From a virus (taxonomy: Duplodnaviria > Caudoviricetes), in IMG/VR virus record IMGVR_UViG_3300021060_000040, positions 54,227 to 118,226 of that record: 64,000 nt of DNA, one strand, 5' to 3'. This document shows positions 48,241-58,132 of this stretch, piece by piece (within the stretch, counting starts at the first letter, position 1; each line of letters starts with the position of its first letter). Below the pieces are notes generated by a model that saw only the letters and a program-made list of their open reading frames with translations, searched no databases and was not told where the DNA came from. The position numbers and the translations under genes are program-made.

Positions 48241-49590
48241 TCAGGAAGCTGCACCACAGGTTACCCAGCCATGAGTTGCGATAAATATTTGGAATGCACG
48301 GTAACGAAGAAATCCCGGCGCGCCCCAAACAAGGCCATCGGCGCTCGTGACCCGCCAAGTCCAGTAATCGCAGCTCATGGTGTGAGGTCCGAGAGGGCTG
48401 ATGAAGCCGCCGGATCCAGGCTTCTCGTTGCAAGAGATCTCCCCGGCGTAGACCCATCGGCCGCTCGTGACACTTTGATTGCGGCCCCACTCGCCCCACG
48501 CTTGTCCGCGTGCTTCGATGCGCCCGTTCAGGTCGCCGAACTGCTTGGTCCAAACTCCTCCACCCGGAGTAACGTAGAAGAAGTTGTCACCGTTATCGCC
48601 GTTTCGCAGGATCCAGTTGCCGTTGCCATCGACGATCTGGCGGGCGCGCATGACGTTCCCGTAGACCAAGTCGAGGTATGGCGCGGCGAAATTGATCTCG
48701 AGCGGCGCTCCCTGTATCGTGAGCTTGCCCGTCATCGTGTCGCCGGCCTTGGCAACTCGGCTGTTCTGAGCATCAGCGGCCGCACTGGCTGCGGCAGCCA
48801 CATCGGCCTTGGATGGCACATCGAGAAGAGCGCGCGCTGAGGGGGCATCGGCCCTGGCGAGCAAGTCTTTGATGTAGTCGGAAACACCGAGGTTGGAGAG
48901 AGCCTGGCGCTGCGCGGCCGTGCTGAGGTTTTGGGGCGAGTCGATCTGTAGGCGATTGCCGACTGCCTCCGCGATCTTCTGATCGGACTGCGCCACGGCG
49001 TTTGCGATCTTCTGATCGGACTGCGCCGCCACTTCGGCGATCTTCTGATCGGACTGGGCTTGGGAATAGACACCGAGTTTGGTGGCGCTGGTGTTGAGGT
49101 CCGGAGCCGCGGCTGCCGAGATTGTCCAATCACTCATCACGGCATCGTCGGTGCCGCGAGATTGGTCGACTGCGACCACCAAAACGCCGGTATTCTCGTT
49201 GTAGCTTACAGTGGCCCCGAACATCGACTTGGTGTTGTCTTTGTTCGAGAGGATCTGGAGATACGCGCTCGGCGCGAACGTCTTGCGCCGATCCTCCGGC
49301 ACCACGAAGGTCTTCTCGCCTTTTCCGATGCGGTTGGGCGTCGTGCTCACGACCGTGAAGACCATGCCGACCCGCGAGATGGTCATCAGGCGCTCGTAGA
49401 CCGGCTGCACGGCCTCGTTGAGCCTGAGCAGCCCGTACCGGTTGAGCGTATCGACCGCCTCCTCGTACGAGATCTTGAGCGACTCCTGGGCGCGCAGCCG
49501 GGCGTCGATCGTCGCCATCGCCCGATTCAGGCGGTCTGCCGTAAAGTCGTCGACGGGATTGAAGACCAGTTCAGGGAAATCGCTCGCCAT
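48241..49590 (-). CDS. Second tail fibre
   Basis: Q.L..AQ..A..NLG, AR..L, VAKAGDTMTG.L; tip shared with 45153-47483. Confidence 0.85.
   Translation of the reverse strand: MASDFPELVFNPVDDFTADRLNRAMATIDARLRAQESLKISYEEAVDTLNRYGLLRLNEAVQPVYERLMTISRVGMVFTVVSTTPNRIGKGEKTFVVPEDRRKTFAPSAYLQILSNKDNTKSMFGATVSYNENTGVLVVAVDQSRGTDDAVMSDWTISAAAAPDLNTSATKLGVYSQAQSDQKIAEVAAQSDQKIANAVAQSDQKIAEAVGNRLQIDSPQNLSTAAQRQALSNLGVSDYIKDLLARADAPSARALLDVPSKADVAAAASAAADAQNSRVAKAGDTMTGKLTIQGAPLEINFAAPYLDLVYGNVMRARQIVDGNGNWILRNGDNGDNFFYVTPGGGVWTKQFGDLNGRIEARGQAWGEWGRNQSVTSGRWVYAGEISCNEKPGSGGFISPLGPHTMSCDYWTWRVTSADGLVWGAPGFLRYRAFQIFIATHGWVTCGAAS
48971..49056. repeat. Three 33-bp in-frame tandem repeats (AQSDQKIAxxx)
   Basis: GCGATCTTCTGATCGGACTG at 48971, 49004 and 49037. 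Confidence 0.9.
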
Positions 49591-49596
49591 GGCGGC

Positions 49597-49773
49597 TTAC
49601 TCCTTGAGCTTCTTCTCCGCGACCGCGTCGCCGAGCGCATCGAGCGTGGCTTGATCCACGACGTGGACAATGCCCGGCTTATAGGTGAAGCCGTAGAGAT
49701 CCTTGCGACTGGCAAGAACAATTTCAAAATAGACGGGCGCCTTTTCGGAGCCCGTCGCGTTGGTGTTAGCCAT
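49597..49773 (-). CDS. Small hypothetical protein (58 aa)
   Basis: MANTNATG...KKLKE fills the gap between genes. Confidence 0.55.
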   Translation of the reverse strand: MANTNATGSEKAPVYFEIVLASRKDLYGFTYKPGIVHVVDQATLDALGDAVAEKKLKE

Positions 49774-49807
49774 TATTGTCCTCGGAAGGTACAGAGGACT
49801 ACGAGTT

Positions 49808-52117
49808 TCAGAGCTCGTAGTCCTTTTCGAATGCGACGTGGAACTGCAGCCGGTTCGACTGGGTAGCCATATTCGTCTGGGCGCAGAAGCTCGTCACAGC
49901 ATTCGGAAGATTGAAGACGTAGTGCCGCTCGACATACATACCCGCGATCTGATCCACGCCCGGGGTATCGGTGTAGCTCGACGGATTGACCAACGTGCCG
50001 TAGCTCTTCGCGCCGTCGGCCGGCGTCCCGCCGGTGCGCAGCTGCAAGCTGGCCGTGTGGTAATCCTTGCTCCAGTTCTCGTAGCGCTGGATCACGTGGA
50101 TCTGGCTGGTCGAAGGGACCGAGACCGGCTGGGTCACGCAGACCGCGACCGTACCCGGCCGGGAGAGCTTCACTTCCGACCCCGACAGCGTGACCGCGGG
50201 CATCATGTCGGCCGAGCCGATGAACGTGATCCGGAACGGCAGCAGCGGCAGAACCGCGCCACCCTGGCCGAGCTTGTACTTGTCGACGTCCTCGAGGGCG
50301 TACCACCGGCCGTCGACCTGGATCTCATAGGCCAGCGAACACTGGCTCGGGATCACTGCGTCGGCGTTGATCTTGATGCCGAGGATGCCGCCGTCGAGCG
50401 ACAAGGGGTTGAGCTGGATCGAGGACCGGGTCGCGTTCGGCACGGCCCGGTAGAGCCGCATCGCCAGATCCTTCGTGCCGTCGCCCTGGGCGTAGGCGCC
50501 GTCGAGGATGTAGAAGAAGGTGCCGGCGGTGAACTGTTCGCCGGGCACGGTCGCGAGCCAGTGATCGGCCGTGGTGACCACGAAGACAGCGTAGCGCTTG
50601 CCGGCCTCGAGGAAGGTCGGCGTGATGGGGATCACCGTCTCCACGCCCGCGTTCATGTTGGCGCGGGTGAGGGTCGTGATGCCGATCACGGAGGAGACGT
50701 CAGGCAGGCCGTTCTGCTTCGACACTTCCATGACGCCGATGGTGGCGTCGCCGCTGTCGGCGAGCTTGGTGAAGGTCAGGCCGATCGCGTCGAGCCAGAT
50801 ATCCTGGCCCTGGAGGAAGCTCTCGGCGACGAATGCGCCGTTGACCGGGTGATCGACCTTGACCGTGTCCCAGTATGTGTCCTGGACCGTATCGACCCAA
50901 TACTGCTGCACCCGCATCGGGACGTGCATAAAGCCGTCCGCGCTGTAGATGTACGGCATGCCGTTGAGGTCGAGCTGCGCCTTGAACTTCTCGCCGTTAC
51001 GCGTGAAGACGCCTGCGATCGGGTCGTAGTTACCGCTCTGCCAGAATGCCGAGTTGGTGCAGACATCGAAGGCCGCGCCGTACTGCACGACCTGGCGGCT
51101 CATGGTCTTCTGGACGAGGTTGTTGGTCTGGTAGCTGAACCCGGCGATCCGGACCTGATCCGAAGGCGTGCCCGTGCTCATCCAGAGCTTGCGGGTGTAG
51201 TTCGGGAACAGGACGCCGTTGATGACCTTGGCGCCGACGTCGATCGGGTTCAGGAGGCCGAGCTGCGAGTAGTTCGCATTGGCATCCGGAAATCGAATGC
51301 CCTCCTTGATCTTGCAATTCGACAGAGGGTGGGTCAGATCGACCTTGTCGGCCGTCAGGTAGTAATCGGCGTGGCTCGATGAATTCGTGGTCGGAATACC
51401 GGTCTTGGCTTCCAGCGTCGCCAGCCGCATCAGCACCTGGGCCAAGGTGTTGTTCGAAGCACTCTGCGCCAGCTGCGAGGAGACCGAGGCCAGGTCGGAG
51501 CTCAGCGACGTGACCTTCGGGCCGACGGCGGTCTCGAAGCTCTCGAGACCCGAGATCCGGCTGCCCAGGCCATCGATGCTTGACAGCGCGTTGGCGGAGC
51601 GCATCACCACCTGGCCTACGCCGGTGGTGGTGAGCAGGATGTCGGCGATGGCCGTGTAACCGGCGTCGATCAGCGGGACCGTCGGCGACGGCGCCTCCTG
51701 ACCCTCAGCGAACTGAATGTTGGCGATCCGGGTCGTGCGAGTGGCGACCGGCTTCGGCTGGGACTGTCCCGTCTCTTCGTTGATGAGGAATTCGCGGGCG
51801 GTGACGTCGGTATCCTGGGTCGTGCCGTAGGCGACGACGGTGACGTACTTCTTGCCCGCGGTGGGCAGCTTGGTAAGAAAGTCCTGGGGGACGATGTTCT
51901 TCGAGACGAACATCTTGCCGCTCGAGTAGAGGCGCCCGGCAGCGACGTTCACCCCTGTGGTGCCACTCTTCGTGACCTGCATTCCCGCGTAGCGCTGGGT
52001 GGGGCTGACCGCGTCGTAGACCAGGTCATCGAAGGTCTGGGCGGCATAGTCCTGAAGGTCGTTGAAGTCGGTTGGATCGATGTCCTGACCGTCCCGAAAG
52101 ATCTTTTTATTTTGCAT
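49808..52117 (-). CDS. Large virion/baseplate-associated protein
   Basis: Position after tail protein I; beta-rich sequence. Confidence 0.75.
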   Translation of the reverse strand: MQNKKIFRDGQDIDPTDFNDLQDYAAQTFDDLVYDAVSPTQRYAGMQVTKSGTTGVNVAAGRLYSSGKMFVSKNIVPQDFLTKLPTAGKKYVTVVAYGTTQDTDVTAREFLINEETGQSQPKPVATRTTRIANIQFAEGQEAPSPTVPLIDAGYTAIADILLTTTGVGQVVMRSANALSSIDGLGSRISGLESFETAVGPKVTSLSSDLASVSSQLAQSASNNTLAQVLMRLATLEAKTGIPTTNSSSHADYYLTADKVDLTHPLSNCKIKEGIRFPDANANYSQLGLLNPIDVGAKVINGVLFPNYTRKLWMSTGTPSDQVRIAGFSYQTNNLVQKTMSRQVVQYGAAFDVCTNSAFWQSGNYDPIAGVFTRNGEKFKAQLDLNGMPYIYSADGFMHVPMRVQQYWVDTVQDTYWDTVKVDHPVNGAFVAESFLQGQDIWLDAIGLTFTKLADSGDATIGVMEVSKQNGLPDVSSVIGITTLTRANMNAGVETVIPITPTFLEAGKRYAVFVVTTADHWLATVPGEQFTAGTFFYILDGAYAQGDGTKDLAMRLYRAVPNATRSSIQLNPLSLDGGILGIKINADAVIPSQCSLAYEIQVDGRWYALEDVDKYKLGQGGAVLPLLPFRITFIGSADMMPAVTLSGSEVKLSRPGTVAVCVTQPVSVPSTSQIHVIQRYENWSKDYHTASLQLRTGGTPADGAKSYGTLVNPSSYTDTPGVDQIAGMYVERHYVFNLPNAVTSFCAQTNMATQSNRLQFHVAFEKDYEL

Positions 52118-52130
52118 TTTCTTATTCTTT

Positions 52131-53396
52131 TCAGGTACGTCTTGGTTTGATCTCCCCGAGCTTGAAAGTTCCAAGCTTAGGCTTGTCGCCCAGCCGCACG
52201 ACGCGGTAGTTCTCGGGATCGATGAGGACGGTGTCTGTGAGGCCGCGGGCCCGGCCGATCGCCTCGCGGGCGTGATCGAGCGCGGTCATGTCGGCTCGCT
52301 TGATGAAGCCGGTCATGAAGGCTCGTCGGCCGACGCCGGCGCGCCAGCGCTGGCGTTTCATCGGCAGTTCGACGCGCAGCTCGGCCGTGAACGGCTCGAT
52401 GCCGAACCGGCTGAAGCCCATGAACGAGTGGCCATGCTTGATGGCCGGATCGATACCCGGCACGATCAGCGCGAAGCGGTCGTAGATCAGCCGTGGACCG
52501 TAGCTCTCCAGCATGCGGCCGCGGGCGCCCATGAAGTCCCGGCCGATGAATCCGCGGGTCTTTGGGGGCTTGCGCTTCTGCTGGATCTGAGCCGGGACGA
52601 CGTCCTGGAGCTGCAGGCCGGAGGTGGCGAGGTATCGGGGGCCTTCAGTCGCCGAGAGGTTGACCCTGACGACGCGCTGGCTGGCGCGGCTCGTCTGGAT
52701 GAACCCGTGGCGCATGTGGGCATGGCCCAGGTATGCGCGCTTCGACTTGCCGAAACCGACCTGCACGATCTCGGACGGGGCCTGGCCGTAGGCGGCCTGC
52801 TCCGTGACTTTCGCCTCGACTTCCGGTTGGCCAAACTGCTGGAACGTGGCGCGGCGGCCGTAGAGGCTGGGCCCGTGCGAGCGTTGGGCGAAGCTCCGCC
52901 TCGCCCTGCGGGAGAGGAAGCTCTGCGAGCCGGCGGATCCGTTGAGGAAATTCCGACGCAGGGGCGCCCGGCGCCGGGTGAGGTATGGATAGATCCGGAT
53001 CTGCGGCAGGTGCGCGATCCAGGCCTCGCGGGCCGCGGGCGTGATCCCCTCCACAGAGAATGGCTGGGCGGGGGGCAGGACGGCCTTGCGGATCGGCGTG
53101 TCACGATAACCGAGGTACTTCTCGATGGCCGCCAGGGTGCCCTTGATCTTGTGATCCTTGAGGGCGTTTGCCGTGACCGCTCGCTTCTTGGCCTCGGGCC
53201 AGTCCTGATCCCAGATGTCGACCGAGAGCGCCCATGCGAGGTAAGGCAGGTCGCTGAGATCGCAGGTCCAGGGATTCCAGAGCGCACGGATCCGATCGGG
53301 ATCGAGGGCGAGCAGCCGATCGACGTTGTGGGCCAGGACGCGCTCGAACTGGGTCGCGTTCTTCGGTAGGACGTTGTCGAGGATGATCTGGCTCAT
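52131..53396 (-). CDS. P2 GpI-like baseplate protein with Arg-rich extension
   Basis: LP.NAT.FER...LWNP.TC....LPYLAWALSVD.W...H..KGT..A. Confidence 0.9.
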   Translation of the reverse strand: MSQIILDNVLPKNATQFERVLAHNVDRLLALDPDRIRALWNPWTCDLSDLPYLAWALSVDIWDQDWPEAKKRAVTANALKDHKIKGTLAAIEKYLGYRDTPIRKAVLPPAQPFSVEGITPAAREAWIAHLPQIRIYPYLTRRRAPLRRNFLNGSAGSQSFLSRRARRSFAQRSHGPSLYGRRATFQQFGQPEVEAKVTEQAAYGQAPSEIVQVGFGKSKRAYLGHAHMRHGFIQTSRASQRVVRVNLSATEGPRYLATSGLQLQDVVPAQIQQKRKPPKTRGFIGRDFMGARGRMLESYGPRLIYDRFALIVPGIDPAIKHGHSFMGFSRFGIEPFTAELRVELPMKRQRWRAGVGRRAFMTGFIKRADMTALDHAREAIGRARGLTDTVLIDPENYRVVRLGDKPKLGTFKLGEIKPRRT

Positions 53397-53399
53397 CGC

Positions 53400-54344
53400 T
53401 CAGTCCATCCGGTCCGAGGCGACGCTGATCGCGGCGCTGCGCATGAACACGCAGGCTTCTCGGCCGACGATGATGTCGCCATCCGACGGCGAGACGATCC
53501 GGACGTTCTGGACGCCCTCCTGGTAGAGGGCCCCCATCAGCGCGGCGACGGTCATGTCCCGGCCGAGCATCGCCAATCGCGCTCGCAGGGCCGTCAGCGC
53601 CGTCTGGACGCTTGCGAGCACCAGGGACTGGTCCGGCCCCGGATACAGGACCAGGACCGCTTCGAGATCGACGTAACGGACTGTGCAGCCGACCACCGAA
53701 GGGACGTCGGTCAGGGGGCGGATGTTCTTGCGATGAAGCCGTTCGCTGACGGCGGCGATCTGGTCGGCGGTCGCCTCTGGCGTGCTGCCACGGCTCATCA
53801 GGGCGACGCGGACGCCGCCGCGATTGCCGAGCCGCTCCGCTGAGGCGTCGCGCAGCGTGGTCGGCGCGGCCTTGAGGGCGTGGTAGATGTAGGCTCCCTC
53901 GCTGCCCGCCGTCGAGAACGCCTCGGGGGAAAGCTGGACGATCCGGCGAAAGCTGGCGTCGTCGAGCCAGTCGTCGGGGAACTGATCGACGGTCCCGCGC
54001 GGCGTCTCGACGAGAGCGGGGCGGACCTCGCCGTAGAAGGCGGCCAGGACGTCGAGATCCGAGCCCCTGGCGAACGGCAGCATTACGGCCCGGGCGGCCG
54101 CGTTGATGCGGGCCCGGACCATCATCTCGCCGTAGGCTTCGGTCTGGAGAATGACGTTGGTTGGCGACTGCTCGAGCCCGACGGCACGCGAGAGCGCCGG
54201 CATCTTATCGACGACGCGGGCCTGGTAGAGCTTGAGGAGCGACGGATAGTCGATCTCCTCGATTACTTTTGGGGGCGGCAGTCGCGAGAAATCGATGTAG
54301 AGCGACGGGCTCTCGAAATACGACGTGCGATCATAACTGGGCAT
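53400..54344 (-). CDS. Baseplate J-like protein
   Basis: IDFSRLP.P.VIE, A.GSDLD, STAGS.GAY.YHA, RPLTD. Confidence 0.93.
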   Translation of the reverse strand: MPSYDRTSYFESPSLYIDFSRLPPPKVIEEIDYPSLLKLYQARVVDKMPALSRAVGLEQSPTNVILQTEAYGEMMVRARINAAARAVMLPFARGSDLDVLAAFYGEVRPALVETPRGTVDQFPDDWLDDASFRRIVQLSPEAFSTAGSEGAYIYHALKAAPTTLRDASAERLGNRGGVRVALMSRGSTPEATADQIAAVSERLHRKNIRPLTDVPSVVGCTVRYVDLEAVLVLYPGPDQSLVLASVQTALTALRARLAMLGRDMTVAALMGALYQEGVQNVRIVSPSDGDIIVGREACVFMRSAAISVASDRMD

Positions 54345-54385
54345 TGCGCGGCCTCTTGTTTGTTTTTCGTTTGAAATCGCGCAAG

Positions 54386-54742
54386 TCAGATGGTAGCGGT
54401 CACCTGTCGGGAGGTCGCGTCGGGCAGGTAGATCCCAACGACCGTGATGGTGACCTCACCGTTCACGATCGGGCCCTGAATCGAGACCCGCGTGATCTTG
54501 AACTCGGGTTCGTAGGTGTTGATCGCGACGATCGCCTGCCCAAGGGATGCTGCGAATACCAAGTCGTTGCCTGGTTTATCTTGCAGCTCCATGAAATCTG
54601 ACCCGAACCAGCGCCGCATGACCCTGGTGCGCAGTCTGGTAGACAGGATGACCAGGATCGATTGCTTGCAGCGCGGCCAGCCCTGGATCAGCTCACCGGT
54701 CAGACGGTCGATGTCGACGATCGGGCTAGTCGGCGTCGCCAT
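54386..54742 (-). CDS. GpW/gp25-like baseplate protein
   Basis: DR.TG...QSI..IL.T...TRVMRR.FGS...L.D...EP. Confidence 0.9.
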   Translation of the reverse strand: MATPTSPIVDIDRLTGELIQGWPRCKQSILVILSTRLRTRVMRRWFGSDFMELQDKPGNDLVFAASLGQAIVAINTYEPEFKITRVSIQGPIVNGEVTITVVGIYLPDATSRQVTATI

Positions 54743-55013
54743 GGGTGGCCACGACCGTGTCGGTATGCGCATTGGAAGCGGACGTCGCCGCGGTCGCCTC
54801 GGCCGCAGAAGCGGTTTGGCCCTGTTCGACCGGAGCTTGCGCCGGCATCACGCCCAACGTCAGCCGCTCGAGGACGTGAGAGAGGTACTTGGCCTCGTCT
54901 TCCGCCATCATCACGGCATCGGGGGCCTCGATCAGCACACCCTTGAGCCAAAACGACCTGGTCACGAGGTAAGGGAACCGCTCGACCTGCGGTGTATCAT
55001 CAGTATCCGACAT
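54726..55013 (-). CDS. Hypothetical protein
   Basis: Y.V....W...G.........EAKYL resembles the N-terminus of the 45153-47483 fibre. Confidence 0.55.
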   Translation of the reverse strand: MSDTDDTPQVERFPYLVTRSFWLKGVLIEAPDAVMMAEDEAKYLSHVLERLTLGVMPAQAPVEQGQTASAAEATAATSASNAHTDTVVATHGDAD

Positions 55014-55076
55014 AGCTTTTTCTTTTTGTTGGACCCACGGGTCGGTAATATTCAGGCTTGCAGGCTTGTGTGCCGA

Positions 55077-55919
55077 TCAGCTCCAATCGCGGTCGTCGCC
55101 GTGGCTGATATCGGTCGGGAGCTCCGCGGGACGGACCTGCTCGGCCATAGCCGCAGAGATCTGGCCCGCGAATTCAGGCCGGATCAGCATGGCGGCGATC
55201 GGCGCGAAGGCGGCCGGCCCGGACGTGATCAGGGAGACCGCGCCGGCGGCCTGGGCGATGTTCACCGCCGCACCCTGGATGGTGGAGAAGGCGTTATGGG
55301 AGGCGTCGAGCACGTCGTTGATCGAGCGCGTCATGCCGGTCACCCGGAGAGCGGCCGCGACAGGGTCGATCGTCCCCGCGCCGACGGCGGCGGCCATCGA
55401 GGCGACCTGGCCCGACATGCTGGAGAGGGCCGAATTCTGGAGGAGCGGGCCGAGGGCCTGCTCGATGCCGAGGCCGGCCGGCAGGTGCTCGCCGAGCATG
55501 GAAACGATGTTGGCGTGGCCGATGGCGTCCATCAGGCCGAAGGCGCCCTGCAGGGGCTGCGTGAGCCCGGAGAGCGCGCTGGTGACGCTGCTGAGGCTTC
55601 CCAGGGCCCCTTGGAGGCCGGTGGTACCGGAGATCGCGCTGATCAGGCCGTCGAAATTCCCGTTGGCGATGCCCTGGACCTGAGAGAGTAGGCCTCCGAG
55701 CTGTCCTTGCAGTTGGCCGGTGATCGCGGCCATCGGGTTCTGGAGCAGGGCGCCGGGCCCGTCCGTCAGGATCTGGGCGAAGATGCCGCCCATCTCCCCC
55801 GGGATCATGCTCTTGGCAGCCCGTAGGTTCTCGATGATGGTCTTGGCGCCGGCGGGCATCACCGGCGCACCGCCGACGACGTTCATGATCGCCTGCGCCT
55901 GCGTGATGAAGCCGAGCAT
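55077..55919 (-). CDS. Ala/Gly-rich helical hypothetical protein
   Basis: TGATG coupling to the spike gene. Confidence 0.65.
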   Translation of the reverse strand: MLGFITQAQAIMNVVGGAPVMPAGAKTIIENLRAAKSMIPGEMGGIFAQILTDGPGALLQNPMAAITGQLQGQLGGLLSQVQGIANGNFDGLISAISGTTGLQGALGSLSSVTSALSGLTQPLQGAFGLMDAIGHANIVSMLGEHLPAGLGIEQALGPLLQNSALSSMSGQVASMAAAVGAGTIDPVAAALRVTGMTRSINDVLDASHNAFSTIQGAAVNIAQAAGAVSLITSGPAAFAPIAAMLIRPEFAGQISAAMAEQVRPAELPTDISHGDDRDWS

Positions 55920-56563
55920 CAGGCGGTCCCGCAGTTGATGAGGACTTTGCCGCCCAGCGCGTAGGAGTCGCTCTTCACGGTCGTCTGGACCGCCGTAACG
56001 GTCCGTTTCTTGGTCACGAGCTCGGTGCTCTTCGAGGCCTTCGTCGATTGCGTCTCGGTCTCGACCCTGTCGTGCTTCGTGACGATCGACTGGGCGTCCT
56101 TTGTGAGCTTGTGCGTCGTGGCCCCGATCTTCATGGTCGGGCCGTCCTTCGTCAGGTGGATGTCGAAGGTCTGATCCTTGTCGGTCGCGGTCTTCCCGCT
56201 CTCTGACGGCTTCTCGATCCGGATGAAGATCTCGTCCGGTTTGTCGTGCGGGGCGACGTTGTCGGGATCGTAGTGGTGCGGCTCGAGCCAGCCCTGCTCA
56301 GGCTGCCCCTGGGGACAGTTGAGCTTGACGAGCTGCCCCTTCCGGGGCGGCACCGACATCTTGATCGTCCCGTGGGAGAAGGACCCCCAGGGAAGCCAGT
56401 CGCTCTTGAAGATCTGGGGCTCTTCGCCCTGCTCCATCCTGGCGAGCCAGCCGTTGTGCTGCTTGTCGAACTTGACGTCGACGATTTTGCCGATGCGACC
56501 CTGATTACGGTGAGCGTGCTCGAGGTCCTGCACCCGGCGCTGGAGTGCGAGGAGCTCGCGCAT
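55919..56563 (-). CDS. Baseplate spike (GpV-like)
   Basis: R.G.I..V...SDWLPW......PP..G..V. Confidence 0.8.
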   Translation of the reverse strand: MRELLALQRRVQDLEHAHRNQGRIGKIVDVKFDKQHNGWLARMEQGEEPQIFKSDWLPWGSFSHGTIKMSVPPRKGQLVKLNCPQGQPEQGWLEPHHYDPDNVAPHDKPDEIFIRIEKPSESGKTATDKDQTFDIHLTKDGPTMKIGATTHKLTKDAQSIVTKHDRVETETQSTKASKSTELVTKKRTVTAVQTTVKSDSYALGGKVLINCGTA

Positions 56564-57198
56564 CAGTCAGGGTATTCCGCATGTTCGAAGAAGCCGCGGG
56601 AGCCCGGCGGCAGTTCGGTAGGTTGGAAATCGTCCGGGTCGGAGAAGGAGTTGTAGGTCTCGCCGTCGCGAACGCTCTCGCCGATGGCCAGGTAGACCGG
56701 GACCTTCTGAATCGGATTGCCGTCAGGGCCGAGGATCTGGTCGCGCTCGCGGGCGCGGTTCGTGCCGACGGTGACGGCGCTCTTCCAGGTGACCACGCCG
56801 AAGGCGACGCCTTCGCGCCGGATCACCGGGTCCATCAAGCGCCTGGCGCGCACCCTCCAGGCCGCGCTCGCGTTCGGATCGCCGAAGCTCTGGAGGCGAA
56901 AATCAACGACGCACCGCTCCAGGATCTCCCAGACGCGGCGGTCGGCGTCGCGGCCTCGCGTCTTGTCCTGGTCGACGACGACCATGATGCAATCGAGGTC
57001 GATCTGGCTCTCGCCGGTGACCACGAGCTCTTCCGTGCCCGTCGAGGTGGCGATGAAGGCGCTCGGCGGCTTGGCCGTCCAGTTGCGCAGGTCGGCGATG
57101 TCGAATTGGCCGTCGTACCAGTCGACCTCGCGCAGCTCAGGACAGAGCGTCTTGACGTGCTGGAGGACGTTGTCGCGGAAATCGAGGATGCGGCTCAT
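56563..57198 (-). CDS. Tail completion/terminator-like protein (Mu gp37-like)
   Basis: Synteny; V..Y.GQF...DL pattern. Confidence 0.65.
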   Translation of the reverse strand: MSRILDFRDNVLQHVKTLCPELREVDWYDGQFDIADLRNWTAKPPSAFIATSTGTEELVVTGESQIDLDCIMVVVDQDKTRGRDADRRVWEILERCVVDFRLQSFGDPNASAAWRVRARRLMDPVIRREGVAFGVVTWKSAVTVGTNRARERDQILGPDGNPIQKVPVYLAIGESVRDGETYNSFSDPDDFQPTELPPGSRGFFEHAEYPD

Positions 57199-57701
57199 GG
57201 TTTGAACTTCAGGACGTGCTCCGCAAGCATCCGCTCGAGCCGGCGGAGGTTCTCTTCGGAGAAGCCGAGGAAGGGACGCTCGGGCGCGGGCGTCTTGGGG
57301 CGGACCAGGCGCCCGTCCGGCGTCTTCGCCACACCGCGCTGGACGCGATTGCCGAACTGCAGGGAGGGCGCGTAGTCGTAGCCTCTGCCGCTGCGCGGGT
57401 CGGCGCGGACCACGAAACCTTCGTTGGTGACGTGGTCCTTATGGATGCTGTCGTAGAGCTGCCCGGAGGCGTAGAGCGGCTTGTCGTGCCCCTTGATGAG
57501 GCGGGTCAGCTCGGAGAGTGCCTGGAACGGCTCGCCATTGGGCGACGTCCGACCCTGGCGGACCCGGTATTTGGTCGAGCGGACCATGTAGTCGGCGGCC
57601 GCATTCATGAAGGGCCGCAGGTCCTGGATTTGATCGAGCATCTGGGCGAAGCGCGCCGACGCGGCCCGCATCCCGGTCTCGGTGGCCTTCAGGCTGATCA
57701 C
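57195..57701 (-). CDS. Virion morphogenesis protein (Mu gpG/P2 S-like)
   Basis: SP.G..F..LS..T...L..SG.L..SI...YA...QFG...P.RPFLG.S. Confidence 0.9.
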   Translation of the reverse strand: MISLKATETGMRAASARFAQMLDQIQDLRPFMNAAADYMVRSTKYRVRQGRTSPNGEPFQALSELTRLIKGHDKPLYASGQLYDSIHKDHVTNEGFVVRADPRSGRGYDYAPSLQFGNRVQRGVAKTPDGRLVRPKTPAPERPFLGFSEENLRRLERMLAEHVLKFKP

Positions 57702-57703
57702 GG

Positions 57704-58129
57704 TCAGATCCGGGAAACGGTGATGATCCGGGCGCTCTTGCGCATGTTCGGATTGCTGTCGGGGATGCCGTCGCCGTCGTTGTCGACGGGAGGCAGGCCA
57801 AGGCCGATCGAGCCGGCGGCCATGAGCTTGAGCATGGCCAGGGCGTCCTCGTAGCGCCGCCGCATTTCCTCAGTGCGCGAGGTCACCTCCTGGGCCATCG
57901 TGTAGATGCCGATGTCGATGGCGCACTTGCGCAGCGCCCCAGACACGCTGGTGACCGGCACCGTGTATTTGGCCGACAGGTAGGCGTTGATGATATCGTC
58001 GGCGGCCTGGAGGCCGGCTTCGACGACATCGGGGTCGGGCTGGTCGTCATGGTCGAGGTCCGCCACGCGGACCAGGAGCTCGCTCCCGTAAAGGGCGACG
58101 ACATCCCGTTGGAGCGCGTAGTGGGCCAT
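57704..58129 (-). CDS. Head-tail adaptor (Mu gp36/DUF1320-like)
   Basis: YA...D...A...I..YL..KY.VP...DI..Y...RYEDA...L...A.G...LG. Confidence 0.9.
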   Translation of the reverse strand: MAHYALQRDVVALYGSELLVRVADLDHDDQPDPDVVEAGLQAADDIINAYLSAKYTVPVTSVSGALRKCAIDIGIYTMAQEVTSRTEEMRRRYEDALAMLKLMAAGSIGLGLPPVDNDGDGIPDSNPNMRKSARIITVSRI

Positions 58130-58132
58130 CGA

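Noticed and set aside
45153-48520. Diversity-generating retroelement or invertible cassette between the fibre tips
   Set aside because: Differences are mostly synonymous and not adenine-specific; both copies are coding and in the same orientation; no reverse transcriptase or invertase in the window
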